Shown piece by piece: positions 13,180 to 26,202 of a stretch of 64,000 nt of DNA. The notes under the pieces are model-generated. The model was not told where the DNA came from. It did no database searches and worked only from the letters and a program-made list of their open reading frames with translations. The stretch is from positions 14,820,001-14,884,000 of the forward strand of contig NW_024704743.1 of assembly GCF_018977255.1 (NCBI RefSeq), written 5' to 3'. The stretch is from Callorhinchus milii. Lineage: Eukaryota. The position numbers and the translations under genes were made by a program. Each line of letters begins with the position of its first letter. Position 1 is the first letter of the stretch.

Positions 13180-14210
13180 CTGAAAACCCGGGAGGCACTT
13201 TAGGGAGTCTGACAGACATTATGAGAGTCAATCACCACCGATGAGGTTTCAGCAGACTGGAAGCAAACAAATGTGGTTCCCTTATTCAAGTTACATGGTA
13301 ACTGCAGACCCATTAACCTGATGTCAATAATTAGAAAATGATGGAGTTAATCCTCAGAAAGAAAGAAAATAGAAGATTATCTGTATAAAAATATGAGTTC
13401 AGAAAGGGTAGATTTTGTATGCCTAACCTCATAAGCTTTTTTTAGGAGGTGACATCCAACATTGATTATATTGACATGATCACTCAATTGGCGGATCGCT
13501 TTTCCGGGGATAAATAATTCCTTAAAAAAAAGGTCACTCAATCCATGACTGTTGTGTGCAATTGGTTGCTGCGTTTCACCCACAAAATATACAGTCAATT
13601 CACTTTACAGTATATTCTGTGAAGCGCTTTGAAACGTCTCAAAGACATGATAAGGCACTATATCAAATGCAAGGATTATTTTTATTATTATTATTATTGT
13701 TATCAAGCGCTCTGAGATACTATTCTGCATGCTGGGGGCTATATAACTGCAAGTTGCTGTTGTTGTTATTATATTGTTTGAGTGCTTTGAGATCTCACAA
13801 CAATGTGATAAGTCTCTAAATCAAATGTGAGGATTATTATTATTAGATTACAATATATCTTGATTTTCAAAAAACATTTGACAAGTTACCACATGACAAA
13901 TTGAGGTCACTGGGTATGAGGAACAAGACATAGACATGGATTTATAATTGGCTGAAGGGAAGAAAGCAGAGGGTTGTTGTTTGTGGAGTCAAAATAGGGA
14001 GAGGTATTAAGTGGGGTGCCTCCTGTGTAGATTAATGACTTGGATTCACAAGTAATGTAATCAATGACACCAAGTTGGAAAGAAGTGTGGAATCTGAAGT
14101 GTCAGCAAAAGTCTTTGAAAGAGAGCTTTATAATGTATGCACATGGGCTAATAATGGCAAGTGAAGTTTAATACTGATAAATAAAAGGTCCTACATATAG
14201 GATTTTAAAA
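13180..14210 (+). mobile_element. Decayed CR1 RT fragment interrupted by SINE and LINE tails (~13482-13845)
   Basis: Remnants of DW..ANVVPLFK, GNYRPISL, YLDFQKAFDKVPH, WIYNWLKGRKQRVVV and SGVP. Confidence 0.8.
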
Positions 14211-14224
14211 AACAGCTCAATGCA

Positions 14225-14975
14225 ACACCAACAACAACAATAAATTACATTTGTATAGCACCTTTCACGTCAGGACATCCCAAGGCACTGGACAGTCAGG
14301 AATCCACACCCGAGCTGGTGGTTGGAATCAGAAAGAGTGGAGGGCGGGGAGAGTAGGGGTAATAATAATCAATAATCCTTGCATTTGATATAGCGCTTTT
14401 CACGTCGGGAGGACGTCCCAAAGCGCTTCACAGAACACACTGTAAAGTGAATTGACTGTATATTTGTGGGCGAACGCGGCAGCCAATTGCGCACAGCAAT
14501 GTCCCACAAACAGTCGTAGATTGAAAATGACCAATTTATTATTGTTTGGGTAGGAGGGGTAGGAGGGGTAGGAGGGTAACCAAAGGCATGGTCGAAGAGG
14601 AAGATCTTGAGATCGGTCTTGAAGGAGGCTAGGGTGGGGGCGAGGCAGGGGGCCTGTGAGATGGCGTTCCAGAGGATATGGGCAGAGAGGCTGTCCGCGG
14701 AGGGAGCGAACAGGTGGTAGGTTAGGAGTTCACAGAGGTAGGGAGGAGCAAGGTGGTGGACAGCTTTGAAGGTGAGGACCAGGATCTTGAACTGTATCCT
14801 CTGAGTGATGGGGAGCCAGTGGAGTCAGGCGAGGATGCGGGTGATAGGGTTGCGGAGCCTGGTTCAGGAGAGGACATGGGCTGCAGAGTCCTGAATAATC
14901 TGCAGTTTATGGAGGGAAGACTTGGGGAAGCGACAAGCAGGGAGTTTGCATAGTCGAGCTTGGATGTAATGCAGT
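14225..14975 (-). mobile_element. L2 3' fragment with a nested young headless SINE (14361-14548, minus)
   Basis: L2 tail at 14225-14300 and ORF2 C-terminus at 14580-14975. The nested sequence is nearly identical to the 3' half of SINE 53122-53441. Confidence 0.9.
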
Positions 14976-15284
14976 GATAGGAGGATGGTAAGGTGGGTAT
15001 TATGGAGAGATGACATTAATTGAGATCAAATGGGCCAAAGAGCCTTCTTCACCCACACCACTCTAGTGATTGTCCTCTTACTTGTAATATTCTTTTTTAT
15101 CGAACTCTCCATCTGATTGTTCTGCAACTCTGAGCCCTGATGTCAATCAAATGTCTAATTTGCAGTCTTTCTTAATAAGGAACCTGAGCTGTGCAATTGG
15201 GAATTTTTTAGCAATCAGAGGCATGGTACATCATGTTGAATCACAGGAACTCTGCTTCAATATGATAATAAATAATCAGAAGAA

Positions 15285-15660
15285 TCTTTTGATAGCATTA
15301 ATTTAACATCTTAATCATGTTTTTGAACTGTCTGAAAGACTTCTCAAGAGTTACTGTGACTGGGTCTTTGTAAATGAATGAGGCAGCCAATTTACACTTA
15401 GAAGCTATGGAATGAATAACCAATTTTACTTGGGGGATTGCTGGCCAGGAAACTGGAAGAAACTCCCTTCTCTTTTTGAGTAGTGCCATGGGATCTTTAA
15501 CATCCACCTGAACAGGAAGACGGGACCTCAGTTTAACATCTCATCTGAAGGTGGCAGCTCCAACAACACAGCTCACCCCCAGGACCGTCAGCATAGATTG
15601 AGTTCCAAGTTCTGATGTGGGGCTTGAACCCACAACCTTCGAACTCAGAGATGAGAGTTC
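15285..15660 (-). mobile_element. Deu-domain SINE
   Basis: Deu core and tRNA head in reverse (ggggcttgaacccacaacc). Confidence 0.8.
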
Positions 15661-15780
15661 TTGATCTACTTCCTGAACAGTGACCCTGCAGATCAATGGG
15701 AATCCTAACATGAATTCTTATTAAGTAATGGGGTTAAGAAATACTGCAAATGAGACCCGTTTCTTCTTTCCCTGACTTAC

Positions 15781-15852
15781 GAATGCTGTTTTTCCATAGA
15801 TGCCCTTGATGTACCCTTCACCGCTAGTGCTGTTCCATTTCTTCCAACCCAT
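15781..15852 (-). CDS. Weak candidate exon (72 nt), frame ambiguous (MGWKKWNSTSGEGYIKGIYGKTAF or WVGRNGTALAVKGTSRASMEKQH)
   Basis: Acceptor ttaattcag|, donor TTC|gtaagt, two open frames. A diverged copy at 16547-16600 raises the possibility that it is a repeat. Confidence 0.3.
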
Positions 15853-18800
15853 CTGAATTAATATATTTGCTTCATTTGAGCGGCTGGCAATGAACAATAA
15901 ACCTTATAGCTATGATTCATGTGACAAATAAATACTATGTAGTATTTGCATGTTAAATTAAAAATGTATGAGAATGTTTGCTCGTATAGTTTGTTCTTTA
16001 AAAGAAAATATCTTTCACCAGATGTGAAATATTGGAGAAGGCTGGAGTTTAATTTTGTGGAAAAGAGGAGAGTCAGCAATCTTTTTCTGCTCTGTCAGGA
16101 GTTTTGGGATGGGATGCTTCTATTTTCTGCACTGATTCTTTTTCATGAAGTGAATTTATCAAGCGAGGAACCCTTATTTTAGGCCACTGATTTATATCAT
16201 GTCATCCTCTGCATCTTGAACAACATTCATAGCTTTTCTTAAAGCTATGACCTCTAATAACAAAGACTTTTTGGTGGACCTCTGTTGTAAGCATTGTTTG
16301 TTGCTGCACAAAAAATATATATTCTTTTGAGTCATCCATAGTGTGAATGTGCTTTTAGTTGTCATGTTTTAACTTCTGACTTTATCCCCAGAGGAAAATC
16401 ATAGCAGATTTGAATAGTTCAAGCTGCTCATTACCATTTCTTAAAACCATAAGTATGAGTAAGCCTGTACCTTTGTCATAGGTGTCACAAGTGATCTTTA
16501 TTGTCAAACAAAGGTCATTGGGAAACAGGGAAGAATGAAAATAAAAGAATGCTGTTTTCCACCAGATATCTGCATATTCCCTTCATCGGTAGCTCTGTTT
16601 GTTGCTTAACATTTTCTTTCCACCACTTCTCCTTCCTCTAACCCAGATAGTTGCACACATCCAATCGTGGCATATAGCCAAACAAATCAACATTTTGTGG
16701 AAGTCAATTGTTGCGTGAAGTAATCTGTCTGTCTGTTCTTCACATACAAGAATAATAATAATACTTGCATTTGATATAGTGCCTTATCTTCAAGACATCT
16801 CAAAACGCTTCACAGAATATATTGTAAAGTGAATTGACTTTATTTTATGGACAAATCGTGTCAGGCAATTGCACACAGTAGTGACCCGCAAACAGTCGTG
16901 GATTGAGTGACCAAATTATTTACTTTTAAAATTTATTTAGGGCAAAATTTGTGTAGGGATGGTGTATTTGTAGGTGAACGCAACAACCAGTTTGGGCACA
17001 GCAATGTCCCAGTGCCCAAATGGTTGTTGCTTATGAACATACATTTGATAGTAATTACTGTGAAGCATTTTGAAACAATTCAGTGTTGTAAGGAGCTATG
17101 GAAATGCAAGTTCCTTTTGTGTTTTAAATTGTGAGAATACATTTGTGGCATTTAATAATAGTGCAAATATTGTATTTTGCATAACAATTGTGATCTTGTG
17201 AAAATGGAGATAAATGGGAATAGAGTAAAAAGGGATAGGATGAAAGGCCTGGAAATGGGATTAAAAGATCTGCAATGATGTCATAAAATGGCAGAAGAGA
17301 TTTAGCAGGTTTAATGAAGTTCTCATTTTCCTATGGACCCATCAGAGTGAAAACATTGAAAAGCACCCAACAACTTGCGTTTATATAGCATATTTCATAC
17401 AGGACAGTATCTCACAGTGCTTAGCAATGACTGGGTCAAATTCTGAGTGATGGAGAAGGGAGAGAGTGAGGGAGAAAGGGGGAAATGACCAAAGGCACGG
17501 TCAAAGAAGTGAAGTTTTAGGGGGATTTAAAGGTAAATAGAGAAGGGGCAGATGGAGGAGTAGAGAGAGGATGTTCCAGAGGTTAGGGGCATAGTAGCTA
17601 AAGATTGTGGCTTGGAGGGGGGAGAAGATACTCAGCAAGCCTGAGTTACCTGAGCATAGAAAGGGGATACGAGAATATCAGAGATAAGGAGGTGCTAAAG
17701 TATGAAGGGATTTATTATAGGTGACCATTTGGTTGAAGTATCAGTTACTTTAAGCTTAGGTTAAAATACGTTCGATTTAAAGTAAACTTCACTTATTTTG
17801 ACCAGAAAATGTGCTTCAATCAGTCTCCGAAGAAGAGCAACACCACATCTGTCTGGTCCATGTCCAAGAGCAAGTCATAAAAGAGTAAAGGGCAGAGTAC
17901 CACAAGCCCATTGCAAAATGTTTCTGGCAGTGGAGCCTTTCTTTTAATGCAAACGATCATCTGTGAACGTAAGTAATGAAAGCCTTTGATGCGTTAAAAT
18001 CCTTTGAGATCTTTGAGTCAGAATGGAAAATAATTATATACTATTTATAATCACAAAACAAGGCTGCTGGACTATCAAGGCGTGTTCATGAATAAAATTG
18101 AAGTTCGGCATTGAACAGCTATGCTGGATGTTACGTTTGACGAGAGTAATACGTTTTAAAAGTGCTTTTCAGCGATTTTCATATAGATTTACACTTGCAC
18201 CACCCTACTACTAATTTTACAGTTTTTCTGCCATTTCATGCACAGCTACATTGTTAATTGTGCTTGTACAGATCTGTATATATTGCAAATCAAAACACTC
18301 AGTTTAATTAAAAAAAAACAGTCACTATTGACCATGAGAAAGTGCTCCAAGCAATCATAAGATAGCATTTCAGGCATATTCACTTCAACTAACATGCAAT
18401 TCATCCAAGAATAAACGTTATACAGGCAATGGATGCCAATAAGATTTCCAGAGAGATGAGTTCTCACGGGTCAGCGAGATGTGCATGGGGTTTCCTAAAG
18501 GAGACCTATTTTATATCCAAAAGTGCTTTTTGCAAGGTATATTTATGTTGCTATTTTCAAAGCGTGTTTGCTCTCCTTTCCACTTGACTCCCAACCCCAG
18601 GTGCAAACCCTTGACTATCCAGTACCGTGTGATGTCCTCCCAACATGAAATGGGCTGAACAATTGCAAATTGTTGTTGTTGTTATAAACCTCAATATCTC
18701 CACTATAAATAATGTGCATAATAAACACTGATGTAAAATGGCTCCATTCTATATATTGCATTAAGCATCAATATGAGCGCAACTAATCAGTGTCTTTGAA

Positions 18801-18888
18801 TGATCTCTCCACATAGCTGACACGTTCCTAAAGACTTCCTTTACACTGCTGGCGTAGATGAAAGCCAAAGGCTCTATTCTGGGCTCAC

Positions 18889-18925
18889 CATAAAGGGGAA
18901 GCTATTCGGAAAATGTTGTAAATAT
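18889..18925 (-). CDS. Weak candidate exon (37 nt): IYNIFRIASPL (phase 1 to 2) or YLQHFPNSFPFM (phase 2 to 0)
   Basis: Acceptor cgctctctgtag|, donor ATG|gtgagc. The phase 1 to 2 reading would join exon 6736-6781. Confidence 0.35.
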
Positions 18926-19716
18926 CTACAGAGAGCGTGACGCATGTTGAGGCCCATGAGATGAACATTTGTGCAAACTGTACCAGTCTCTGTTAATAAG
19001 CCAATGAAACTACATTTGGGTTATGCTTACATTGGTTTGCCTGGCACATACTTTGCTCTTGTGCCAATAATGTGGTGAAATTTGTCAATATTCAACAAAA
19101 CGGTTGTTTGAAAGCAGCAAAAAACATTTAAAAACATTTTAAAACACAAGAAAGCAAAATGTCATTTTGCTCTCCATATTCCCACCTTTGGCATTTTTCA
19201 GAAATTGCAATGAGTCCTTAATTAAATATTATGATTTAGATGTCTTTTCAGAAGTGGGGCACTATTTCCCATTTCTTTTCTGAATTAAATAAACTTGCCT
19301 CAATATGTGCATGGTTCAAGTGCACACTTTGAATTAACAAGTTAATAATTCCATTCAACAACAATAAACAACCTTTGGTTGCAAAACATGTTTATTCACA
19401 ATATCCTGTCCTGCAATGGGCCCGCAAAGTATTCCTGCACCTGCATCTGGATGCCAACCTGAACGGTAGAGCAAAGTCTAAGTAGAAGGGTAAAGCAGAG
19501 GCATAGTTTTCAGCCACAAATGTATTTAATAATAATAATTATAATCCTTGCATTTGATATAGCACCTTATCACATCTTTGAGACATCTCAAAGCGCTTCA
19601 CAGAATATACTTTAAATAAATTGACGGTGTATTTTGTTGGAGAACAGGATGAAGAAGAAGAAAGAAGAATGTTTTGTTTCCTCATGTTAAGGCATTCTTG
19701 GAACTTGTGAAGTGGC

Positions 19717-20035
19717 GTGGAGTCCTGTAGCTCAGTGGTTAGAGCACTCGCTTTGCAAGCGAGAGACCTGAGTTCAATTCCAGGCAGGGCGAAACCTTGG
19801 GCAAGTTTCCTTACTCCACACGCCTAATAATAATCCCTCCAAAACCAAAACCAATAATAAATTGGTCATTTTCAATCTACGACTGTTTGTGGGACACTGC
19901 TGTGCGCAATTGGCTGCCGCGTTCGCCCACAAATATACAGTCAATTCACTTTACAATGTGTTCTGTGAAGCGCTTTGGGACGTCCTCCCGATGTGAAAAG
20001 CGCTATATCAAATGCAAGGATTATTATCATTATTA
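19717..20035 (+). mobile_element. Young full-length tRNA-Ala(TGC)-derived SINE with L2-type tail
   Basis: A box TAGCTCAGTGG, anticodon arm CTCGC-TTTGCAA-GCGAG, B box GTTCAATTC; tail gggacgtcctcccgatgtgaaaagcgctatatcaaatgcaagga(tta)n. Confidence 0.92.
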
Positions 20036-21828
20036 ACACTGGTCTAATGAAATGTACCAGGTGTACTGCCATAGGGTCACTAACCAAGAGATCTCCTTCC
20101 ACTTATAATGGATGAAAATGAAGCTTATCTGTAAAGTTATCTGTTTGACCCACATATATCTGTCTGCAACACAGAACTGAAGTACTCTTAAAAACGAACA
20201 ATCTACCAACCTGTGAGCTCAAATTCCTTACTGCTAAAATCATATAAAAAATAGAGGCTTTATTTGATCTCAGCACTAAATAACTCAGTTCTTTAAGTAT
20301 TGTAGAATGTACAGGGAGTAAATAAATATGAATTCCCATGTGAAAGAGATGGGTGATAGTATCTGAAAGCAGTGGCAGAATAAGAGGAGTGGGATATTAT
20401 TGCAGAAGTACAGGAATTCAGATCTAGGAAGTGGAAGCACATTTATCGAAGATGCTACTCAGCGAAGGGCGCTGTATAAATGTAACTTGTTGTTATTTCC
20501 TCAACTGACAACTGTGCGTGAGTTTTAAAATTATATCGCTATCTTGATGATCTGAACCAGCACATCTATCCAAAACAACAATTAAGATGTGCATTTGTAA
20601 CCTTGGCATTGGCTGATTCACCTTTTGAATTCAACTTCATTAATGCTGTGCAGATTTGGGAAGCTGATATTAATGATGTACACTCTACTCACAAACAAAG
20701 GAGCAGCAACCTGATCAATCATCATTCACATTGCTGACCGATGCCAACGCCCATAGTTCCATCCAGCGTTTGAAAGATCCATTGCAATGGGAACAGAGGA
20801 AACCTCCACTTCCATCAGCAGCGGACATCATGGGAATTTAACATTTCAGTTCTTTGGTTAACTCTTCACAAACATCAAGTGCCAATTGCTTGTTGAATCT
20901 CATGCTGCCTTATATTTTACAGCCACTTTCTGAGGTAATTTTCCAACACTGGTCCTGCCAGTGCAGAAACTGCCTGATTTACACCTCAGGCTGGTTCCTG
21001 CCACACATTGGAGTTGCTTTAAAAGTCCAAACAGCACTGTTAGCTGGGCCAGGTGTCTTCCCCATTAGTACAGGGTCAATGACACTCTCTGCTTTCAAAT
21101 CCTGCATGATGACCTACCTGTTTGACTGCGCTTTTGGCCACCTCTCTGCTCAACCTCCCGCTCAGTCTTTGTAAAGCATTTTGAGTTGTTCTCCCAATGT
21201 GAAAAGCACTGTATAAGTATAAATTACTGTGGCTGTTATTGTTGAGGATAGCAAACTGAACAAATATGATTGAGCTGGAAATCTACAAAAACACTGTCCC
21301 AGTCCAATCAGGAAACCATATCCTTGTGTAAGCATTCCGTTGGAGTATTGGCTTTCCATATCTCAGCTTTTGTGCTAATCACCAATTTACATTTTGCAAT
21401 GTATATGCCTGCTTGTAAACCTTTACTCGATATTCACTGTTATTGTTTAACCCACTTCCCAATACCATCAACTGGGAATGAATTTAAAAGCTTAAAAGAT
21501 CCAGATTTGCAAAAACACACAACTGATCAGCCACAAAAGTAGTTCATTTCCATGAGCAGCCAATGCCCTGCTGCATAAAATAAGCACCGAGGCACCACAA
21601 CATCTACTAAAGGCAGCTGTCAAAGTCATTGCTTGATAGAAATCTGACCAGGAAAATGCCAATGCTAAGTTAACTGACTTCATCCTAGACAGCAGTGCAA
21701 GGATGTGGCAATTGACCTCTGTAGGAGAGGAGTCATTCTAATCATTCTGTGCCTCCCCTGTGGTCAAATAGCCTGATGGCACTCACAAGCTACACTCACA
21801 CAAAGAACTGCTCGTTGGGCGAGTTACT

Positions 21829-22144
21829 GCAGACCTGTAGTTCAGTGGTTAGAGCACTCGCCTTTGTAAGCGAGACACCTGGGTTTAATTCCAGGCAGGG
21901 CAAAACATTGGGCAAGTTTCATTACTCCACACACCTAATAATAATCCCTCCAAAAAACAAAAAAATAAATTGGTCATTTTCAATCCACGACTGTTTGTGG
22001 GACACTGCTGTGCGAACTTGGCTGCCGCGTTTCACCCACAAATATACGGTCAATTCATTTTACAGCATAATCTGTGAAGCGCTTTGAGACGTCTAGAAGA
22101 CGTGAAAAGCGCTATATCAAATGCAAGGATTATTTATTATTATT
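21829..22144 (+). mobile_element. tRNA-Ala-derived SINE, full length, older tail loop
   Basis: Colinear with 19717-20035; tail gagacgtctagaagacgtgaaaagcgc. Confidence 0.9.
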
Positions 22145-23312
22145 AAACTGTACAAAAGCAAGAGTCAGTGCTTCTAGGGATGGATGAGGAAAAATGGCAC
22201 AAAATAGGTGTAGAATACAGTCAGATTTACTTCTATATTGTTTCATACTGTGTTCAATTAATTTTCTAACTTTTTGTATGATGACTAGAACACAATACTC
22301 CAAATGTGGTCTAACCTAGGTTTTATATAAATTTGACATTACATTAATTACTTTCGTATTTTCTTTCCCTTCAAATCCAAGAGAGGACACTAAAACCATC
22401 TGTACTGTATTCATCCCTTCCTCACTTTTATTGGCTAACTCAGCCCAGACCAGTTATCAAATGTCCTGGGCTGTTTGGCTCAGTAGCTCATCAACTGCTA
22501 CATTTATGCACTGAACCAATGCATGTTCCCATTAGCTTCTTCCTGGAGTTTTCTCTGATACACATGAAATAATAATTCAAGCATACAGTGGAGAAATACT
22601 CCCCAGATGAATCTCAAAGCATTCTTCTATGTGGATGGGTCATAAATTACTATTAAAAAGGTATCAAATAAAATATACTTTCTCTTTTGTTTTGGATAAC
22701 AATGCTATCACTGCAACTTTTTTTCCTTTATCACAAGCAACCACATACTGAAGGTGCTGTGTGTGCAGAACTCATTGGGCTGGTGAGGGTTCAAGGCCAA
22801 GTAAACCTAGCGTAATTCAGCATTTAAGAAGCATCCTGCAGTTTTCAACAACATTGTTTTTATTTTATTTACATTATTTGCATTTCAGGTCAGAGCCGCA
22901 CCTTGAACTTACAGATACCAGAAATGGAGATTATTCCAATTTTGAAACAATCTCACCTCATCTGTGGCTCATGATGTTTACACCAACTTAATCGGGTATC
23001 AAATGTCTATGGTTCAACAGAGAATGTCAGGCGTATCCTGACACTCAAGCATTGCAAGAGTCAGGAATTAGCCTTTCCCTGCAGTGTTCACTCTTTCACA
23101 TGAAATAGTATTTCTATCATGTTAATCAGTGGTTCTCAACCTTTCCTTTTGTGACATAGTAATCAGAGTTAGTGCATAAAACATCTGGCTGGCTAAATAT
23201 GTCTTACCCATGATATATAGTATACATATTAACATAAATGAAAACTGAAACATTTAATACTTATGATTACTTTTCTAGGGGGACATGGGAGACGAAAATG
23301 TCAAACGCTTAC

Positions 23313-23390
23313 CTTTATCCACGTTGCCAGGTTCTCTCCCAGCTTCACATTGCGAACTGCTACCCTATGCTCTCCTCTTGCCTGCCTTGC
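23313..23390 (-). CDS. Candidate internal exon (78 nt, phase 0 to 0): ARQARGEHRVAVRNVKLGENLATWIK
   Basis: Acceptor gttttaacag|, strong donor AAG|gtaagc. Only one frame is open, and it is more GC-rich than its flanks. Confidence 0.6.
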
Positions 23391-24847
23391 CTGTTAAAAC
23401 TTGCTGGGTGGTAATCTTAGATGTAGCACTGGTGACATTTATTTATTTGAGAAAAAAACACAAAATGCATAAATTTTCTAAATCTGTTTGTGAACCTTTG
23501 GCGACCCAATTTTGTGAAGCCAATGATGTGGAGCACATGCAATCTAACCCGACTCCTGGAAGAGCATTCATCAGAAACTGACTGAAAAAAATTATAATTG
23601 AGGGACTGATGCAATTTGCTTATCATTTATCAGTGCAAGAAATATAAAATACCTTAGCATTTCCCTGATGATAAGCCTATGTTGTATCATATGTATGGAA
23701 TAAGTAGATCTAGTTTGTAATATGGTATGTAATATTTACCCAAGATTATGAGGTGAGAAATTATTTTGAAAAGTCACTGTCCCTCAATAAATAAGTTTCT
23801 TGTCTAATATCTCCACAAAGTGCCTTTCACTTTACATTTAGAAAACAGCTCTCTTAGGTGAGATAAGTTACTTTCTTGAGGCATATAGCCCTAAATCCTT
23901 TGAATTCTTCAGCTTAAGACAGTTACGTGTAGAAATTTAAGATTGTGCAGAATTTTGGAAAGCAGGCTTCAATTCATTCTTAATTTGGAAGCCAATTTTC
24001 TGCAACCGCAGCAATTAATTTCCAAATTATGACTGAACTCAAGAATGCTTTCCAACATTGCACGCAATAATATATTTTCAGATAATAGTCTTTAGACCTT
24101 GAGGAATTTCAGGCTTTAACAATACATGATGTTTTCTCATTAATATAATGTACAACAGTCTATATAAATTAGGTGCTAAATGCAGTGAAATGGTCACTGA
24201 GGAAATCAGTTATAGGAGCGAGAGCTGTGGAAAGATTCATCTTTTTATTGGCATTCTTAATTTAATGAAACCACAGATAAAGCAAGGATAAAGTTCCATT
24301 GGGTAAAACTGGTTTTGTTATTACCTATAATTTCACTAGGAAATCTCTTATTCCCAAATAGGTTAGTGCTCTGCACAAACACCACCCAGGCTCAAAAGGT
24401 TTTCAATTGCAATTAAGAATGGCAATAAGTTCTTGATTCTTGTAGATTTAACTCAGTAGCAATATTACCCAATAGTACTGTGATTTTTGTCCTGCCCTGG
24501 TAAATTTCTGCACTAACTCTAAAGCTCAAACACAATCAAATGCTCTAATTTAATTGAATGGAAGCTATTCCTTACAGCTACTCTCAGCTTAACTTACCAA
24601 ACAAATTATTACTCTGTTACTGTTCTAACGCAATTCTAATAGCAGAAAACATTTAAAAAATTCAAAGGCATTAATCAATAATAACAATCACATGAACAGG
24701 AAAAGCTCCAAAATTAAGGATCCAATTTTACCAATTCAAACCCACTAACTCACAAACTCACCAATGTTTAGTGTGCTTAAGCATAAATTTGAGGGAAAAT
24801 ACAGAAATATTATCAAATGGATTGTACAGGTTGTTCAGTTTTGATGG

Positions 24848-25216
24848 GGGAGTCCTGCAGTCAATGGTTAGAGCATTCGCCTCGCAAGCGAGAAGACCTG
24901 GGTTCAATTCCCGGGCAGGGCGACACATTGGGAAAGTTTTGTTACTCCACACACCTCTGTTTACCTAGCAGTAAGTAGGAACCCAGTTGTTAGTCAATTG
25001 GCGGATCGCTTTTCCAGGGGTAAAAATCCCTTAAAAAAAATAATAATTTGGGCAATCCATGACTGTTTGTGGGGACACCGCTATGCACAAATAGCTGCCG
25101 CATTTTGCCCACAAAATATACAGTCAATTCACTTCATAGTATATTCTATGAAGCGCTTTGAGACGTCTCGAAGACGTGATAAGGTGCTATATCAAATGCA
25201 AGAATTAGTATTACAT
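24848..25216 (+). mobile_element. tRNA-Ala-derived SINE, longer subfamily with an extra central segment
   Basis: Same head and tail, plus ctgtttacctagcagtaagtaggaacccagttgttagtcaattggcggatcgcttttcc, which is absent from 19717. Confidence 0.9.
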
Positions 25217-25303
25217 TAGTAAGTGCTCCGGGACACTGTCCTGCGAGAATGCCGCTATATAAATGCAAGTTGTTGTTGTAGTATTAGTTTATTTTTCTTA
25301 TAA

Positions 25304-26202
25304 AACAACAACAACAACAACAAGATTCCATTTATAGAGCGCCTTTCATGTCAGGAGGACGTCCCAAGCCGCTGTACAGTTGGATCAGGACCCGAGCAGG
25401 GGGGAAATGGTCAGGGTGAGGGAAAGGAAGGGAGGGAGCGAGGAGGGGGTAGAGAGTCGAGAGGGGAGCTGAAGGCACGGTCAAAGAGAAAGGTCTTGAG
25501 ACCGGCCTTGAAGGAGGAAAGGGAGGAGGCGGCGAAGGCACTGGGGGATAGAGTTCCAGAGCCTCGGAGCTGAGAGGCTGAAGGCCCGACCACCGATGGT
25601 AGGGCGGTTGGGGCGGGGGATGTGGAGCAGACCGGAGCCAGAGGAACGGAGGATACGGGCAGGTAGGTAGGGGGATAGTAGGTCGGAGAGGTAGGAGGGA
25701 GCGAGGCCGTGAATTGTAGGTGAGGATGAGGATCTTGAATTCGATCCTCTGGGGGATGGGGAGCCAGTGGAGGCGAGCGAGGGTGGGAGTGATGTGATCG
25801 CGAAGCCTGGTGCGGGACAGTACACGAGCTGCAGAGTTCTGAATGACCTGCAGTTTGTGGAGGGAGGTGGCGGGAAGGCCGGCGAGGAGAGAGTTCCCAT
25901 AGTCCGGCCTTGAGGTGACAAAGGCGTGGACCAGAGTTTCAGCAGCGTGAGGGGTGAGGTAGTGCCGTAGTCTGGTGATATTCCAGAGATGATGGAAGGC
26001 GGTGCCAGTTGTGGTGCAGATATGAAGGAGAAAGGACAGCTCAGGGTCGAACAAAACGCCGAGGTTCCTGACCGGCTTTGAGAGGTGGAGAGTGCAGCCT
26101 TGGATGCTGATGGTGTCAGCGCCTGAGGTGCGGAGGCGCTGACGTGAGCCAATCAGGAGGGCCTCAGTTTTACGCGCGTTGAGCTGAAGAAAGTTGTCTC
26201 TC
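25304..26202 (-). mobile_element. Young CpG-rich 5'-truncated L2 LINE
   Basis: Long near-intact ORF2 C-terminal reading (FDPELSF..LVHAFVTSRPDYGNSLLAGLP..LQVIQNSAARVL..LHWLP; GGRAFSLSAPRLWNS) and a (ttg)n tail. Confidence 0.95.

Noticed and set aside
19717..19795. Bona fide tRNA-Ala genes (also 21829, 24848, 53360)
   Set aside because: Each runs directly into a SINE body and tail, with no T-run terminator right after the tRNA part and imperfect acceptor and T stems.
23208..23244. 37-nt phase 0 to 1 exon that would bridge 23313 to 18925
   Set aside because: It needs a 68-nt intron and is very AT-rich, so it is probably chance.
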